Notes: generated from the sequence alone by a model not told the origin. Counted from the stretch's first letter, positions 8,707 to 17,406 are shown. The stretch is 32,000 nt of DNA from Erysipelotrichaceae bacterium MTC7 (GCA_001695645.1 LVZN01000012.1:60001-92000), one strand, 5' to 3'. Numbers and translations are program-made.

Positions 8707-9384
8707 ATGATAACTGAAAGACAAATCCCGATATTGGCAGGGATACAAGAGGAAAGTAAAAAAGAGTTTTTTGCAAAAGGAAAAGTGATGCAATATAAAA
8801 AGCATCAACAAGTTTATCAGGAACATGAAAAGGTGGATTGTATTTACTTTTTAATTGAGGGTGTAGCTATCGCTTGTAAACAAGCGTATGGAGATGAGCG
8901 TCGAGTGATTTTAATTCATCGTCAAGGAGAGTTGATGAATGAAGAAATACTGGATGGACATAAATGCAGCAGCACATGTGAATGTATTACACCAGCAACG
9001 CTATTTGCCATTCCGGTAGCGGAATTCATTGAAATCTTTAAACGTGATCAATTGTTAATGGAAAATGTAATGAAGCACATGAGTCTACGTATTCGAAGAC
9101 TTTATCATATGTCGAAAAATGCCATTAACTCGTTACGTGGTGATAAAAAACTTGCTGCAAGACTATGGAAACTGGCCCAAGACTACGGAGAAAATACAAG
9201 TGAAGGTCGAGAAATTACATTTCCTATTTCAATCACGCTTATGGCAGAAATGATGGGTAGTAAACGAGAAACGGTATCACGACAGATCAAAGTACTACAG
9301 GAAGAAGGGTATCTTATCATTCGAACCAAACGTGTCATTGTACTAAATATGGACAATTTATTAGCCTATGTTCAAAAACCGTAA
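8707..9384 (+). CDS. Crp/Fnr family transcriptional regulator
   Basis: N-terminal cNMP-binding-like beta-roll, C-terminal HTH (RETVSRQIKVLQEEG). RBS AGGTGGG. Confidence 0.8.
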   Translation: MITERQIPILAGIQEESKKEFFAKGKVMQYKKHQQVYQEHEKVDCIYFLIEGVAIACKQAYGDERRVILIHRQGELMNEEILDGHKCSSTCECITPATLFAIPVAEFIEIFKRDQLLMENVMKHMSLRIRRLYHMSKNAINSLRGDKKLAARLWKLAQDYGENTSEGREITFPISITLMAEMMGSKRETVSRQIKVLQEEGYLIIRTKRVIVLNMDNLLAYVQKP

Positions 9385-9402
9385 ATTAGTTACGGTTTTT
9401 TT
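9375..9402 (+). terminator. intrinsic terminator
   Basis: AAAACCGUAA-AUUAG-UUACGGUUUU plus a U-run, overlapping the stop codon. Confidence 0.8.
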
Positions 9403-9501
9403 ATACTTTACTGTCATTTTCTCGGGTATTTTAGTTTTCGAAGAAATTAAGTTATGGTAAATTTCTGTAATCTCATATATGTGTGTAGGGAGGTTTAGAG
9501 G

Positions 9502-9888
9502 GTGAAAAATAAAGTGGGTAGGAAATATGTGTACGTAGTAGGTGTTATTACATTTGCGATTGTTATGCAACTTTTGGTAGTGTTTATTTTTTGTCAGTCG
9601 ATTGAGGGAGCTGTCACACATACGGTTTTATCAAGCAAGCAGGAAATGACAAATGCTTAGATGTGAAAAGCGAATTGGATGAATCTGAAGAAGATGATTA
9701 TGATTCTGCCACAACAAAAGCGACAAGCACACAAACCAAAGCTAAGCTAAAAGAATCAAACGTGTTAGAAACTGTTGAAATTGCTGAAAAATGGTGATGA
9801 TTTTTAGAATTTATTCACTGGGATTGCAATTTTGGGGACTGTCTTTCTTGTGGCAGATTATTTCTTAGAAAAAAGAAGTATAAACTAA
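9502..9888 (+). pseudogene. possible relic of a cell-surface (sortase-anchored?) protein gene, broken into three frames
   Basis: GGGAGG then GTG 9502 opens a 52-codon signal-peptide-like ORF (VKNKVGRKYVYVVGVITFAIVMQLLVVFIF...), stop at 9658-9660. Frame shift to an acidic/Thr-rich piece (LDVKSELDESEEDDYDSATTKATSTQTKAK..., to 9797). Third frame gives ..LLKNGDDF* then NLFTGIAILGTVFLVADYFLEKRSIN* (9808-9888), resembling a degenerate LPxTG, hydrophobic span and basic tail. Confidence 0.35.
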
Positions 9889-9917
9889 AAACATTCGGAA
9901 TTGTCCGAATGTTTTTT
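9887..9917. terminator. bidirectional intrinsic terminator
   Basis: AACAUUCGGA-AUUG-UCCGAAUGUU flanked by an A-run and a T-run; abuts the stop of the minus-strand exonuclease gene. Confidence 0.75.
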
Positions 9918-10491
9918 ATAATGTTGTTCGATTTGCACAGTAGTATTGATATACAGTAGCGCACACTTCGCAATCAGCAACTGCACGGTGACTTACCGCA
10001 ACCAATCCAAAGAAATCTTTCAACGTACTGAGTTGATGATTTCCGCATGCTGATTTAGGAATTACACGACGGGCTAAGGTTACTGTATCAATGACTGAAT
10101 TTGCGAATGGGGGAAGATTTGCTTCTTTACATTCTGATTCCATCATAGCCACATCAAAAGCTGCGTTATGAGCAACGAGTGGTAGATCCTCGATGAAGTT
10201 TAGAAATAGCTCATAAACTTCATAAAATACGGGAGCTCCTTGAACATCGTGATTTGTAATCCCTGTTAACTTTGTAATAAAGCTGGGAACGTATATTTCA
10301 GGATCAATGAAGCATTGAAATTCATCAACAACTTCATGATTCTTGTATTTGATTGCACCAATCTCAATAATCTTTGCTGAGCTACTTGTTCCTGTAGTTT
10401 CCGTATCAAAGACGATATAATCCTTAGGCATGTCTTTACTAAAAGACTCTTTGTATTTTAATTTTTGGTATAAACTTGGTTGTTTTCGCAT
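9916..10491 (-). CDS. DEDDh 3'-5' exonuclease (DnaQ/epsilon-like domain protein)
   Basis: Exo I FDTETTG, Exo II AHNAAFDVAMM, Exo III HRAVADCE. An alternative start at Met21 is possible. Confidence 0.8.
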   Translation of the reverse strand: MRKQPSLYQKLKYKESFSKDMPKDYIVFDTETTGTSSSAKIIEIGAIKYKNHEVVDEFQCFIDPEIYVPSFITKLTGITNHDVQGAPVFYEVYELFLNFIEDLPLVAHNAAFDVAMMESECKEANLPPFANSVIDTVTLARRVIPKSACGNHQLSTLKDFFGLVAVSHRAVADCEVCATVYQYYCANRTTL

Positions 10492-10497
10492 GTCTTC

Positions 10498-10525
10498 ATT
10501 ATACCCAATGATGGAACTTTGTCTA
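10498..10525 (-). promoter_or_regulatory. promoter placed for a leaderless exonuclease mRNA
   Basis: On the minus strand: TAGACA, 16 nt, TATAAT, then gaagac (6 nt), then ATG. No Shine-Dalgarno. Confidence 0.45.
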
Positions 10526-10532
10526 TATCTTA

Positions 10533-10541
10533 TGGTAAAAT
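10533..10541 (+). promoter_or_regulatory. extended -10 promoter placed for a leaderless glpK mRNA
   Basis: TGgTAAAAT, then ataaat (6 nt), then ATG 10548. No Shine-Dalgarno. Confidence 0.4.
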
Positions 10542-10547
10542 ATAAAT

Positions 10548-12032
10548 ATGAAAAAATACATGTTAGCTTTGGATTTAGGTACTACTAGCATTCGTGCAAT
10601 TGTTTTTGATAAAGCAAGTAATGTGGTAGCAAAAGAACAAAAAGAATTTACACAGTTTTTCCCTCATGCAGGTTGGGTTGAACAAGATGGAGAAGAGATT
10701 TGGCAAACCTTACAAACGGTTGTAGCAAATTTAATGGTTAATCAACATATCTCACTTGATGATATCGAAAGTATCGGAATCACCAATCAAAGAGAAACAA
10801 CCATTCTTTGGGATACGAAAACGGGGTTACCAATTTATCGTGCAATCGTATGGCAATCCATGCAAACAAACTCTATATGTGAGAATTGGAAAGAATTAGG
10901 ATATGAAACGCTGGTAAAAAAGAAGACAGGATTACCGATTAATCCATATTTTAGTGCAAGTAAGATACGCTGGATCCTTGATCATGTAAATGGGGCAAAA
11001 GAAAAACTAGCTGCAGGTGATCTACGTTTTGGGACCATCGATTCGTGGATCTTGTGGAAATTAAGTGGAGTTCATAAAACCGATGTATCAAATGCATCAA
11101 GAACGATGTTGTATAATATTTTTGATTTAACTTGGGATGAGGAACTATGTGAGCTTTTTGCTGTTGATTCATCTTTACTACCGTTGGTTTGTGATAGTAG
11201 TACATACTTTGCAACTACAAAACCAAATGCTTTTTTTCAACATGAGATTCCTATTACAGGAATTGCTGGAGATCAACAGGCTAGTATGTTTGGACATGCT
11301 TGTTTTGAACCTGGAATTGTAAAGAATACCTATGGAACTGGCTGCTTTCTACTGATGAATGTAAAAGACAAACCATACTTATCTGAAAATGGCTTGTTGA
11401 CGACTGTAGCATGGTCCATTGATGGCGTGGTTGATTATGCCATTGAAGGAAGTATCTTTGTTGCTGGAAGTGCAGTGCAGTGGTTACGTGATGCACTACA
11501 AATCATTTCAAGCTCAGCAGAAAGTGAAGAACTTGCACGAAATGCAAAGACGGATCATGATGTTTATTTTGTGCCTGCATTCGTAGGTTTGGGTTCACCA
11601 TACTGGGATAGCGACGCGAAAGGAACCATCTTTGGTTTAACACGAGGAGCAGGAAGGGCAGAACTTGCTAGAGCTACTTTGGATAGTATTGCTTATCAAA
11701 CACGTGATGTGTTAGAAGTCATGATGGAGGAAAGTCATCAGGAGATATATCGCTTACGTGTCGATGGAGGTGCGAGCGAAAATGCACTGTTGATGCAATT
11801 TCAAGCAGATATAACCAATACTGATATCGATGTTGCGCATATTGGCGAAACGACTGCATTAGGAGTTGCTTATCTGGCTGGATTGGCAAGAGGTTTTTGG
11901 CAAAGTCAAAGTGAGATTTTACAGTATCGTCAAGTGAAGAAATCCTATCATGGAAACATGAATGAAGAAACTCGTCAAAAGTTGTATCGCAAGTGGAAAA
12001 AGGCAGTTGCTGCAACCATCTTATTTAAGTAA
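10548..12032 (+). CDS. glpK: glycerol kinase
   Basis: LALDLGTTSIRAIVFD, GITNQRETTILWD, and FGGY-kinase C-terminal motifs (DGGASENALLMQFQADI). 494 aa. Confidence 0.95.
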   Translation: MKKYMLALDLGTTSIRAIVFDKASNVVAKEQKEFTQFFPHAGWVEQDGEEIWQTLQTVVANLMVNQHISLDDIESIGITNQRETTILWDTKTGLPIYRAIVWQSMQTNSICENWKELGYETLVKKKTGLPINPYFSASKIRWILDHVNGAKEKLAAGDLRFGTIDSWILWKLSGVHKTDVSNASRTMLYNIFDLTWDEELCELFAVDSSLLPLVCDSSTYFATTKPNAFFQHEIPITGIAGDQQASMFGHACFEPGIVKNTYGTGCFLLMNVKDKPYLSENGLLTTVAWSIDGVVDYAIEGSIFVAGSAVQWLRDALQIISSSAESEELARNAKTDHDVYFVPAFVGLGSPYWDSDAKGTIFGLTRGAGRAELARATLDSIAYQTRDVLEVMMEESHQEIYRLRVDGGASENALLMQFQADITNTDIDVAHIGETTALGVAYLAGLARGFWQSQSEILQYRQVKKSYHGNMNEETRQKLYRKWKKAVAATILFK

Positions 12033-12034
12033 AG

Positions 12035-12061
12035 AAAAAACCAAGCGCTTGCTTGGTTTTG
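12035..12061. terminator. bidirectional intrinsic terminator (glpK / corA)
   Basis: A-run, CCAAGC-GCUU-GCUUGG, U-run. Confidence 0.7.
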
Positions 12062-12970
12062 TTATTTAAAGCGATCAATTCGATTGAACATATATGCTGC
12101 AATACCAGAAATCAAAAATGCTAATACGGTAATTAATATCCAACTTAGTTCACCATGATCATCAAAAGGCAAGGGGACATTCATCCCGTAAAAACTGAAA
12201 ATAATTGTTGGAATCGTTAAGATTAAAGAATAAATAGTTAAGAACTTCATTACGGAGTTCATGGAGTTTGAAATAATTGCAGAATACGAGTCGGTCATCT
12301 CATTTAGAATACGGTTAGAGATGGTCGCCATATCAATTCCTTGTTCAATCTCTACAGTTAAATCATCAAGAATCTCATCATCTTCTTCGTACAGTGTAAG
12401 GTAGCGACCACTTTGGATTTTGCTAATTACGATAAAGTTTGATTTTAATGACATAATGAAGAAAATCAAACTACGTTCAATACGCATCAATTCAAGTAAG
12501 TCTTTATTTTTAGGTGTTGTTCCTAAAGACTGTTCAATTTTTACTCGCATGCGGTTTAAGACGCGAAGATCGTTTAGATATTGTGAAGTGATTTCCAACA
12601 ACCACAATAATACAAACCTTGTTTTTAACTGTGGATTTAGTGTACTGCGAAATCGATCACTAAAAGCGTTTCGCATATGTTCGTTTGAAAAGCTGGTAAC
12701 AATCACACTACTTTTAATAATAAAACTCATTGGTCCAGATGAATATATTGATGTTTTTTGTTCATCGCGGAAGGGAACGTCAAAGATGATAAGCAATGTA
12801 TTGGTTTCTTCGTCATAGTCAATACGAGCACTTTCATCTTTATCCAGTGAGTAGGTTAAAAACTCCTCGGGTATGTCATATTCACTTTGCAGTTTTACAC
12901 TCTCCTCAGGGTCATTGATGTGCCGCTCAATCCATGGTCGGAATTTGGCTTTTTCGATTACTTCATTCAT
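12062..12970 (-). CDS. corA: CorA-family magnesium/cobalt transporter
   Basis: C-terminal two TM spans with the YGMNV motif (FYGMNVPLP). I prefer the start at Met9 of the track ORF (12970) because AAAGGAAGTGA precedes it; 12994 is the alternative. Confidence 0.85.
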   Translation of the reverse strand: MNEVIEKAKFRPWIERHINDPEESVKLQSEYDIPEEFLTYSLDKDESARIDYDEETNTLLIIFDVPFRDEQKTSIYSSGPMSFIIKSSVIVTSFSNEHMRNAFSDRFRSTLNPQLKTRFVLLWLLEITSQYLNDLRVLNRMRVKIEQSLGTTPKNKDLLELMRIERSLIFFIMSLKSNFIVISKIQSGRYLTLYEEDDEILDDLTVEIEQGIDMATISNRILNEMTDSYSAIISNSMNSVMKFLTIYSLILTIPTIIFSFYGMNVPLPFDDHGELSWILITVLAFLISGIAAYMFNRIDRFK

Positions 12971-13030
12971 CCAATCACTTCCTTTCGTCTCCATGTACTA
13001 TTTTAACACGTTTTACAATAAAAACTAAAG

Positions 13031-13058
13031 AAAACGAGCGTGAAAGCACGCTCGTTTT
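13031..13058 (-). terminator. intrinsic terminator after fda
   Basis: AAAACGAGCGUG-AAAG-CACGCUCGUUUU, a perfect 12-bp stem that is symmetric. Confidence 0.8.
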
Positions 13059-13067
13059 GGAATGATT

Positions 13068-13955
13068 TTAAGTATTAGAAGCTTGATAGATAGAATCGAT
13101 TGCACTAGCTAGTGTTTTATCAAAATCAGCTTCACTTTGCTTAGCGCTTAAACCTTCGCTTAATGCTCTAGAGAAACTAGCAATCAAGCCATGATTTTTC
13201 GCAAGTAATGCGTTTGCCTCCTCACGAGAATACCCACCGGATAAGGCAACGATACGAACAACGTGTGGGGCTTTCATCAAATCCTTGTAGAAGTCATCAA
13301 CGGTTGGTATTGAGAGTTTAAAGATGACTTGTTCTTCAGGTCCTAGTTTAAGTAGTTCATTAAGTAGGGCTTCTTTAAGGATAACTTCGGCTTCTTTTTT
13401 ATCTGGAATATGAATGTCCACTTCAGGTTCGATGATCGGAACCAATCCGTGGCTAATGATTTTCTTTGCATATTCAAATTGTTGTTGTACGACTTCTTCT
13501 ATACCTTTTTTGTTAGCTGCTTTGATGACTGAACGCATCTTTGTTCCAAAGATATGTTGTTCTTTTGCTCTAACTAATAAGTCATCAATTCCAACAATAG
13601 GTTTCATTAATTGAACTCCATTGTTTTCAGCTGCCAAACCTTGGTCAACCTTTAAGAAAGGAATAATGCCTTTGACTTCCCATAGATAGTCGGCAGTAAA
13701 TCGACCTTCAATTTGACGATCCATCGTATTTTCAAATAAGATGGCACCTAATATTTTATTTGATGTGAATGCAGGTGATGTAATGATACGCGTACGCATT
13801 TGGTGTACGAGGGCAAACATTTCATCATCATTGTGATATGCATCTTCTGCTATTCCGTATGCTTTTAATGCTTTAGGAGTACTTCCTCCTGATTGATCGA
13901 GAGCTGCAATAAAGCCTTCTGCATGCTCCATGCGATCGAATTGTACATGATTCAT
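13068..13955 (-). CDS. fda: class I fructose-bisphosphate aldolase
   Basis: [22 protein letters not shown]..., [29 protein letters not shown] and VPIIEPEV closely follow the staphylococcal-type class I aldolase as I recall it. RBS AAGGAGG. Confidence 0.9.
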   Translation of the reverse strand: MNHVQFDRMEHAEGFIAALDQSGGSTPKALKAYGIAEDAYHNDDEMFALVHQMRTRIITSPAFTSNKILGAILFENTMDRQIEGRFTADYLWEVKGIIPFLKVDQGLAAENNGVQLMKPIVGIDDLLVRAKEQHIFGTKMRSVIKAANKKGIEEVVQQQFEYAKKIISHGLVPIIEPEVDIHIPDKKEAEVILKEALLNELLKLGPEEQVIFKLSIPTVDDFYKDLMKAPHVVRIVALSGGYSREEANALLAKNHGLIASFSRALSEGLSAKQSEADFDKTLASAIDSIYQASNT

Positions 13956-14031
13956 TTTGATATCCTCCTTTATATAGTGATTATATCATGATAGATAGTT
14001 ATTGATATTAAGACGACCGGAAAGTTTGGTC

Positions 14032-14054
14032 AAAAAAAGAGCACAAAGCTCTTT
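14032..14054 (-). terminator. intrinsic terminator after the SDR gene
   Basis: On the minus strand: AAAGAGC-UUUGU-GCUCUUU followed by U7. Confidence 0.65.
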
Positions 14055-14059
14055 GGAGT

Positions 14060-14827
14060 TTAAACGATTGCCATACCACCGTCAACGATAATAAATTGAC
14101 CAGTAACATAGCTAGAAGCGTCACTAGAGAAGTATAGGATAGTTCCATTTAGTTCTCCTCGTTTACCTGGACGATTCATAGGGTTTAATGAATTGTATAA
14201 ATTTAAAAAATCATTTGATTTAAATAGCGTGTTTTCTGTCATTTCACTTTCAAATAAACCTGGACCAATTGCGTTTACAGTAATGTTGTGTTTACCATAA
14301 CTTGCAGCCATACCTTTTGTTAAACCAAGGACTGCAGATTTACTTGCGTTGTATCCATGACGGATAAATGTATCTGCTTTGTCAGCGATAACTGCATTAA
14401 TGGAAGCAATATTAACAATTTTTCCGTATTCTTGTTTCATCATTTCTTTCACTACGTATTTACTAACTAAGAAAATACCTTTAACGTTTACATCCATACT
14501 TTTATCCCAGTCTTCAACTGATAATGAATCAACTCCACCACGTACAGCAACTCCTGCATTATTTAATAGGATGTCTAGGTGTCCGTAGTGCTTTGCAGCA
14601 CCTTCAATTGCTTCTTTAACCATATCTTCATTCGTTACATCGACTTGGAATGTGATTGCATCAACGCCAAGTGCTTTCGCTTCTTTAGCAACCTCATCTA
14701 ATTTCTCTTTTCTTCTTGCTAGTAAGACTAAATTCGCACCAGCTTTTGCATAAGCTAAGGCAGCATCCTTTCCAAGTCCACTACTAGCACCAGTAACAAC
14801 TGCTACTTTTCCGTTTAATTCAAACAT
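14060..14827 (-). CDS. SDR-family oxidoreductase (gluconate 5-dehydrogenase / 3-oxoacyl-ACP reductase-like)
   Basis: TGASSGLG cofactor motif, NNAG, and catalytic YNASK. RBS AAGGAGG. Confidence 0.85.
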   Translation of the reverse strand: MFELNGKVAVVTGASSGLGKDAALAYAKAGANLVLLARRKEKLDEVAKEAKALGVDAITFQVDVTNEDMVKEAIEGAAKHYGHLDILLNNAGVAVRGGVDSLSVEDWDKSMDVNVKGIFLVSKYVVKEMMKQEYGKIVNIASINAVIADKADTFIRHGYNASKSAVLGLTKGMAASYGKHNITVNAIGPGLFESEMTENTLFKSNDFLNLYNSLNPMNRPGKRGELNGTILYFSSDASSYVTGQFIIVDGGMAIV

Positions 14828-14975
14828 TGTGATTCCTCCTTTTATTGCACAATATAGGCAATCTTTATACTTACATTAAACACGGTATTGCACAACTAAA
14901 CAAACGTTATGCCTGTAAATTAGTTAAAGGCAACTTTTTATGTATTGTTTTTATGCTTATTTTATTGAAAAATGC

Positions 14976-15010
14976 TTGCATTATTTGTGATAGGATTGTA
15001 TATTATACAA
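14976..15010 (+). promoter_or_regulatory. promoter of the T-box leader, overlapped by a perfect 7-1-7 palindrome
   Basis: TTGCAT (14976-14981), 17 nt, TATATT (14999-15004). The palindrome TTGTATA-T-TATACAA (14996-15010) covers the -10 box and the likely transcription start. Confidence 0.5.
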
Positions 15011-15237
15011 AAGTAATGATTAGAAGTAGTATGATATTTGTACTTTATAGAGACTGATTGCTTGGTGGAAAATCAGAAGGAAGAATTTCAGAACGTGTCT
15101 ATGAACTCATACTTCGATATTCGTGGAGGGGTATGCGCAAACTTAGCGTTATAAGTAAGAGCCAATATTATCATATTGGAAGTAAGGTGGTACCGCGTTT
15201 TAACGTCCTTTGTTGATAAGGGCGTTTTTATTTTTAT
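15011..15237 (+). promoter_or_regulatory. T-box riboswitch leader, specifier CGU (Arg), terminator/antiterminator type
   Basis: K-turn: G18A19 opposite G103A104. Helix UAGA/UCUA (15021-24/15098-101). Specifier loop: 5' AGUAGUA, 3' GAA-CGU-G (15091-97). Upper helix 15032-39/15083-90. AG bulge AGAGA (15049-53). Distal loop GCUUGGUGGAA. F-box-like GCGUUA. Stem III CCAAUAU-UAUC-AUAUUGG. T-box GGUGGUACCGCG (15186-97). Terminator AACGUCCUU/AAGGGCGUU plus a U-run. Confidence 0.9.
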
Positions 15238-15249
15238 TGGAGGAAATAT

Positions 15250-15906
15250 ATGAATTTTGATGTAAGTATTATCGAAAAATATGGACCGCTAATCCTTAGT
15301 GGATTACCGATGGTCTTGTTTATCTCAGCTGTATCTGCTGTCTTTGGATTTTTAATTGGGTTGTTAGCTGTCTTTTTACGAGGACGTAATAAAGTTCTAA
15401 AAACCATTGTGAATGGGTACATCGATTTAATTCGTGGAACTCCGGTATATGTACAGTTAATTTTCTTCTACTTGGGATTGCCTGGATTATTTCCAGGGTT
15501 CAACCCACCAGAAGTATTGAGTTGTATTATTGTTTTCTCGATTAACTCTGGAGCTTACCTGAGTGAAATATTACGTGCTGGAGTTGAGGGGATTGATCGT
15601 GGTCAAATAGAAGCGGCAAAAGCCTTAGGGGTAAGTAAAAGTGATATTGCAAGACACATTATTTTCCCACTTGCATTGCGTAACGTGTTGCCAGCTGTTA
15701 TGAACGAATTTATTACATTAACAAAAGAAACATCGATTGTTTCTGTTATTGGGGTAGCAGATATGATGTATCGCTACAACAATGTTTCGGCATCAACATA
15801 TTCAACATTTGAACCGTTATTGGTTATTTTTATCGCTTATTACATCTTGAATGTAATTTTATCGCAAATTGGTCGATTTATTGAAAGGAAGTTATCTTAT
15901 GCTTAA
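15250..15906 (+). CDS. polar amino-acid ABC transporter permease (HisM/ArtQ-like)
   Basis: GGAGG RBS. Five TM spans. EAA loop SGAYLSEILRAGVEGIDRGQIEAAKALG. Confidence 0.9.
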   Translation: MNFDVSIIEKYGPLILSGLPMVLFISAVSAVFGFLIGLLAVFLRGRNKVLKTIVNGYIDLIRGTPVYVQLIFFYLGLPGLFPGFNPPEVLSCIIVFSINSGAYLSEILRAGVEGIDRGQIEAAKALGVSKSDIARHIIFPLALRNVLPAVMNEFITLTKETSIVSVIGVADMMYRYNNVSASTYSTFEPLLVIFIAYYILNVILSQIGRFIERKLSYA

Positions 15907-16624
15907 AGTAGAGCATCTATATAAAGAATACAATGAGAATGTAAAAGTCCTATTTGATGTGAATTTTACTTTTGAAGATGGTAAAACATATGCAATCATC
16001 GGTTCAAGCGGTGGTGGAAAGAGTACATTTATTCGTTGTTTAAATATGCTAGAAGTACCAACTAGTGGTACTATTGAATTGGATGGTGTAAAAGTAAACG
16101 ATCCAAAAACGAATTTAGAAGATATTCGTGCAAAAATGGGGATGGTTTTCCAAAACTTCAATCTTTTTGAACATATGAATGCACTTGATAATGTCACATT
16201 TGCACTTCGCAAAGTGAAAAAAATGAGCAAAGAAGATGCAGACATGAAGGGAAAGGAATTATTGGAGCAAGTAGGATTGGGGCATCGCTTCGATGCTTAT
16301 CCACATCAAATGAGTGGGGGAGAAAAACAACGTTGTGCAATTGCACGTGCGCTTGCAATGGATCCTGAAGTGTTGCTCTTTGATGAGCCTACAAGTGCAC
16401 TTGACCCAGAAATGACAAGTGAAGTACTAAAGGTATTGCAAAGCTTGTCACATCAAGGTTTGACAATGATCGTTGTTACACACGAAATGAACTTTGCAAA
16501 AGAAGTAGCTGATGAAGTTATCTACATGGATAAAGGAAACATTGTAGAACATTCACCAGCAAAAGAATTCTTCGAGCATCCGAAAACAAAGAGAGCACAA
16601 GAATTCTTAGCAAACATGATTTAA
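15899..16624 (+). CDS. polar amino-acid ABC transporter ATP-binding protein
   Basis: ATG 15899 after GAAAGGAAG, overlapping the permease stop. Walker A GSSGGGKST, signature MSGGEKQR, Walker [12 protein letters not shown]. Confidence 0.9.
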   Translation: MLKVEHLYKEYNENVKVLFDVNFTFEDGKTYAIIGSSGGGKSTFIRCLNMLEVPTSGTIELDGVKVNDPKTNLEDIRAKMGMVFQNFNLFEHMNALDNVTFALRKVKKMSKEDADMKGKELLEQVGLGHRFDAYPHQMSGGEKQRCAIARALAMDPEVLLFDEPTSALDPEMTSEVLKVLQSLSHQGLTMIVVTHEMNFAKEVADEVIYMDKGNIVEHSPAKEFFEHPKTKRAQEFLANMI

Positions 16625-16638
16625 CGGGAGGAAAGAAA

Positions 16639-17406
16639 ATGAAAAAGTTATTTGGATTATTATTGATTATGGGATTGGTACTTAGTGGTTGTGGAGGATC
16701 TGATGATAAAAAAGATTCTTCTGCGGATGGTGATACGTTAACTGTTTTAACAAACGCAGGGTATCCACCATATGAAATGACTGATGAAAATGGTGATTTA
16801 TACGGGTTTGATATTGACGTCATGACCGAAGCAGCAAAACTAGCTGGTGTTGAAATCAAATGGAAAAATGTTGATTTTGATGCAATCCCTGAAATGGTTC
16901 GTCAAGGAAAAGGTGATCTTGCGATTGCTGGAATTACGCCTGATGCGACACGTGCAAAGAAGGTTGATTTTTCAGAACTTTACTATACATCAGAAGATAT
17001 GAAAAACGTTGTACTTGTAAAAGAAGCAAGTCCAATTAAAACAGAAGATGACATAAAGGGAAAATTAATCGGAATTCAAATTGGGACAGTTCAACAATTA
17101 ATTATGGAAAATATGGAAGATTCATATAGCTTATCATTTAAGAAATTAAAAAGTTATGCTTCTTTGGTTCAAGAATTGAACAAAGGTGTAATTGATGCAA
17201 TGGTTGTAGAAAAAGCAGTTGCTGATGGATTGATGGAAGGTAATGAAGGACTACGTTACTTCTACATGGAAAGTGGTGACGAATTGACTGGAAATGCAAT
17301 GATTTTCGCAAAAGGTTCTCCACTTAAAGAGAAATTTAATAAAGCAATTGAAGAAATGAAAAGCAACGGTACATTGGATGAATTAGTTGCTAAATGGTTT
17401 AAATAA
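16639..17406 (+). CDS. polar amino-acid ABC transporter substrate-binding lipoprotein
   Basis: GGGAGG RBS. Lipobox LSGC. Family-3 SBP motifs (YPPYEM, GFDIDV, DLAIAGITP). Confidence 0.9.
   Translation: MKKLFGLLLIMGLVLSGCGGSDDKKDSSADGDTLTVLTNAGYPPYEMTDENGDLYGFDIDVMTEAAKLAGVEIKWKNVDFDAIPEMVRQGKGDLAIAGITPDATRAKKVDFSELYYTSEDMKNVVLVKEASPIKTEDDIKGKLIGIQIGTVQQLIMENMEDSYSLSFKKLKSYASLVQELNKGVIDAMVVEKAVADGLMEGNEGLRYFYMESGDELTGNAMIFAKGSPLKEKFNKAIEEMKSNGTLDELVAKWFK

Noticed and set aside
9361-9621. 86-aa minus-strand ORF
   Set aside because: It has no RBS, overlaps the Crp terminator, and is opposite the better-supported plus-strand signal-peptide fragment.
14845-15057. 70-aa plus-strand ORF
   Set aside because: It spans the T-box promoter and the 5' part of stem I, has no RBS, and the region is explained by regulatory RNA and DNA.
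15103-15109. GAA-CUC-A read as a Leu (CUC) specifier of the T-box
   Set aside because: It fits the GAA-NNN-purine rule superficially, but it requires a 26-nt unpaired 3' strand. The alternative GAA-CGU-G (15091-15097) gives the canonical 7+7-nt specifier loop with AGUA opposite, a 4-bp lower helix, a K-turn and a 7-bp upper helix. The CUC triplet falls in the K-turn and basal stem region.
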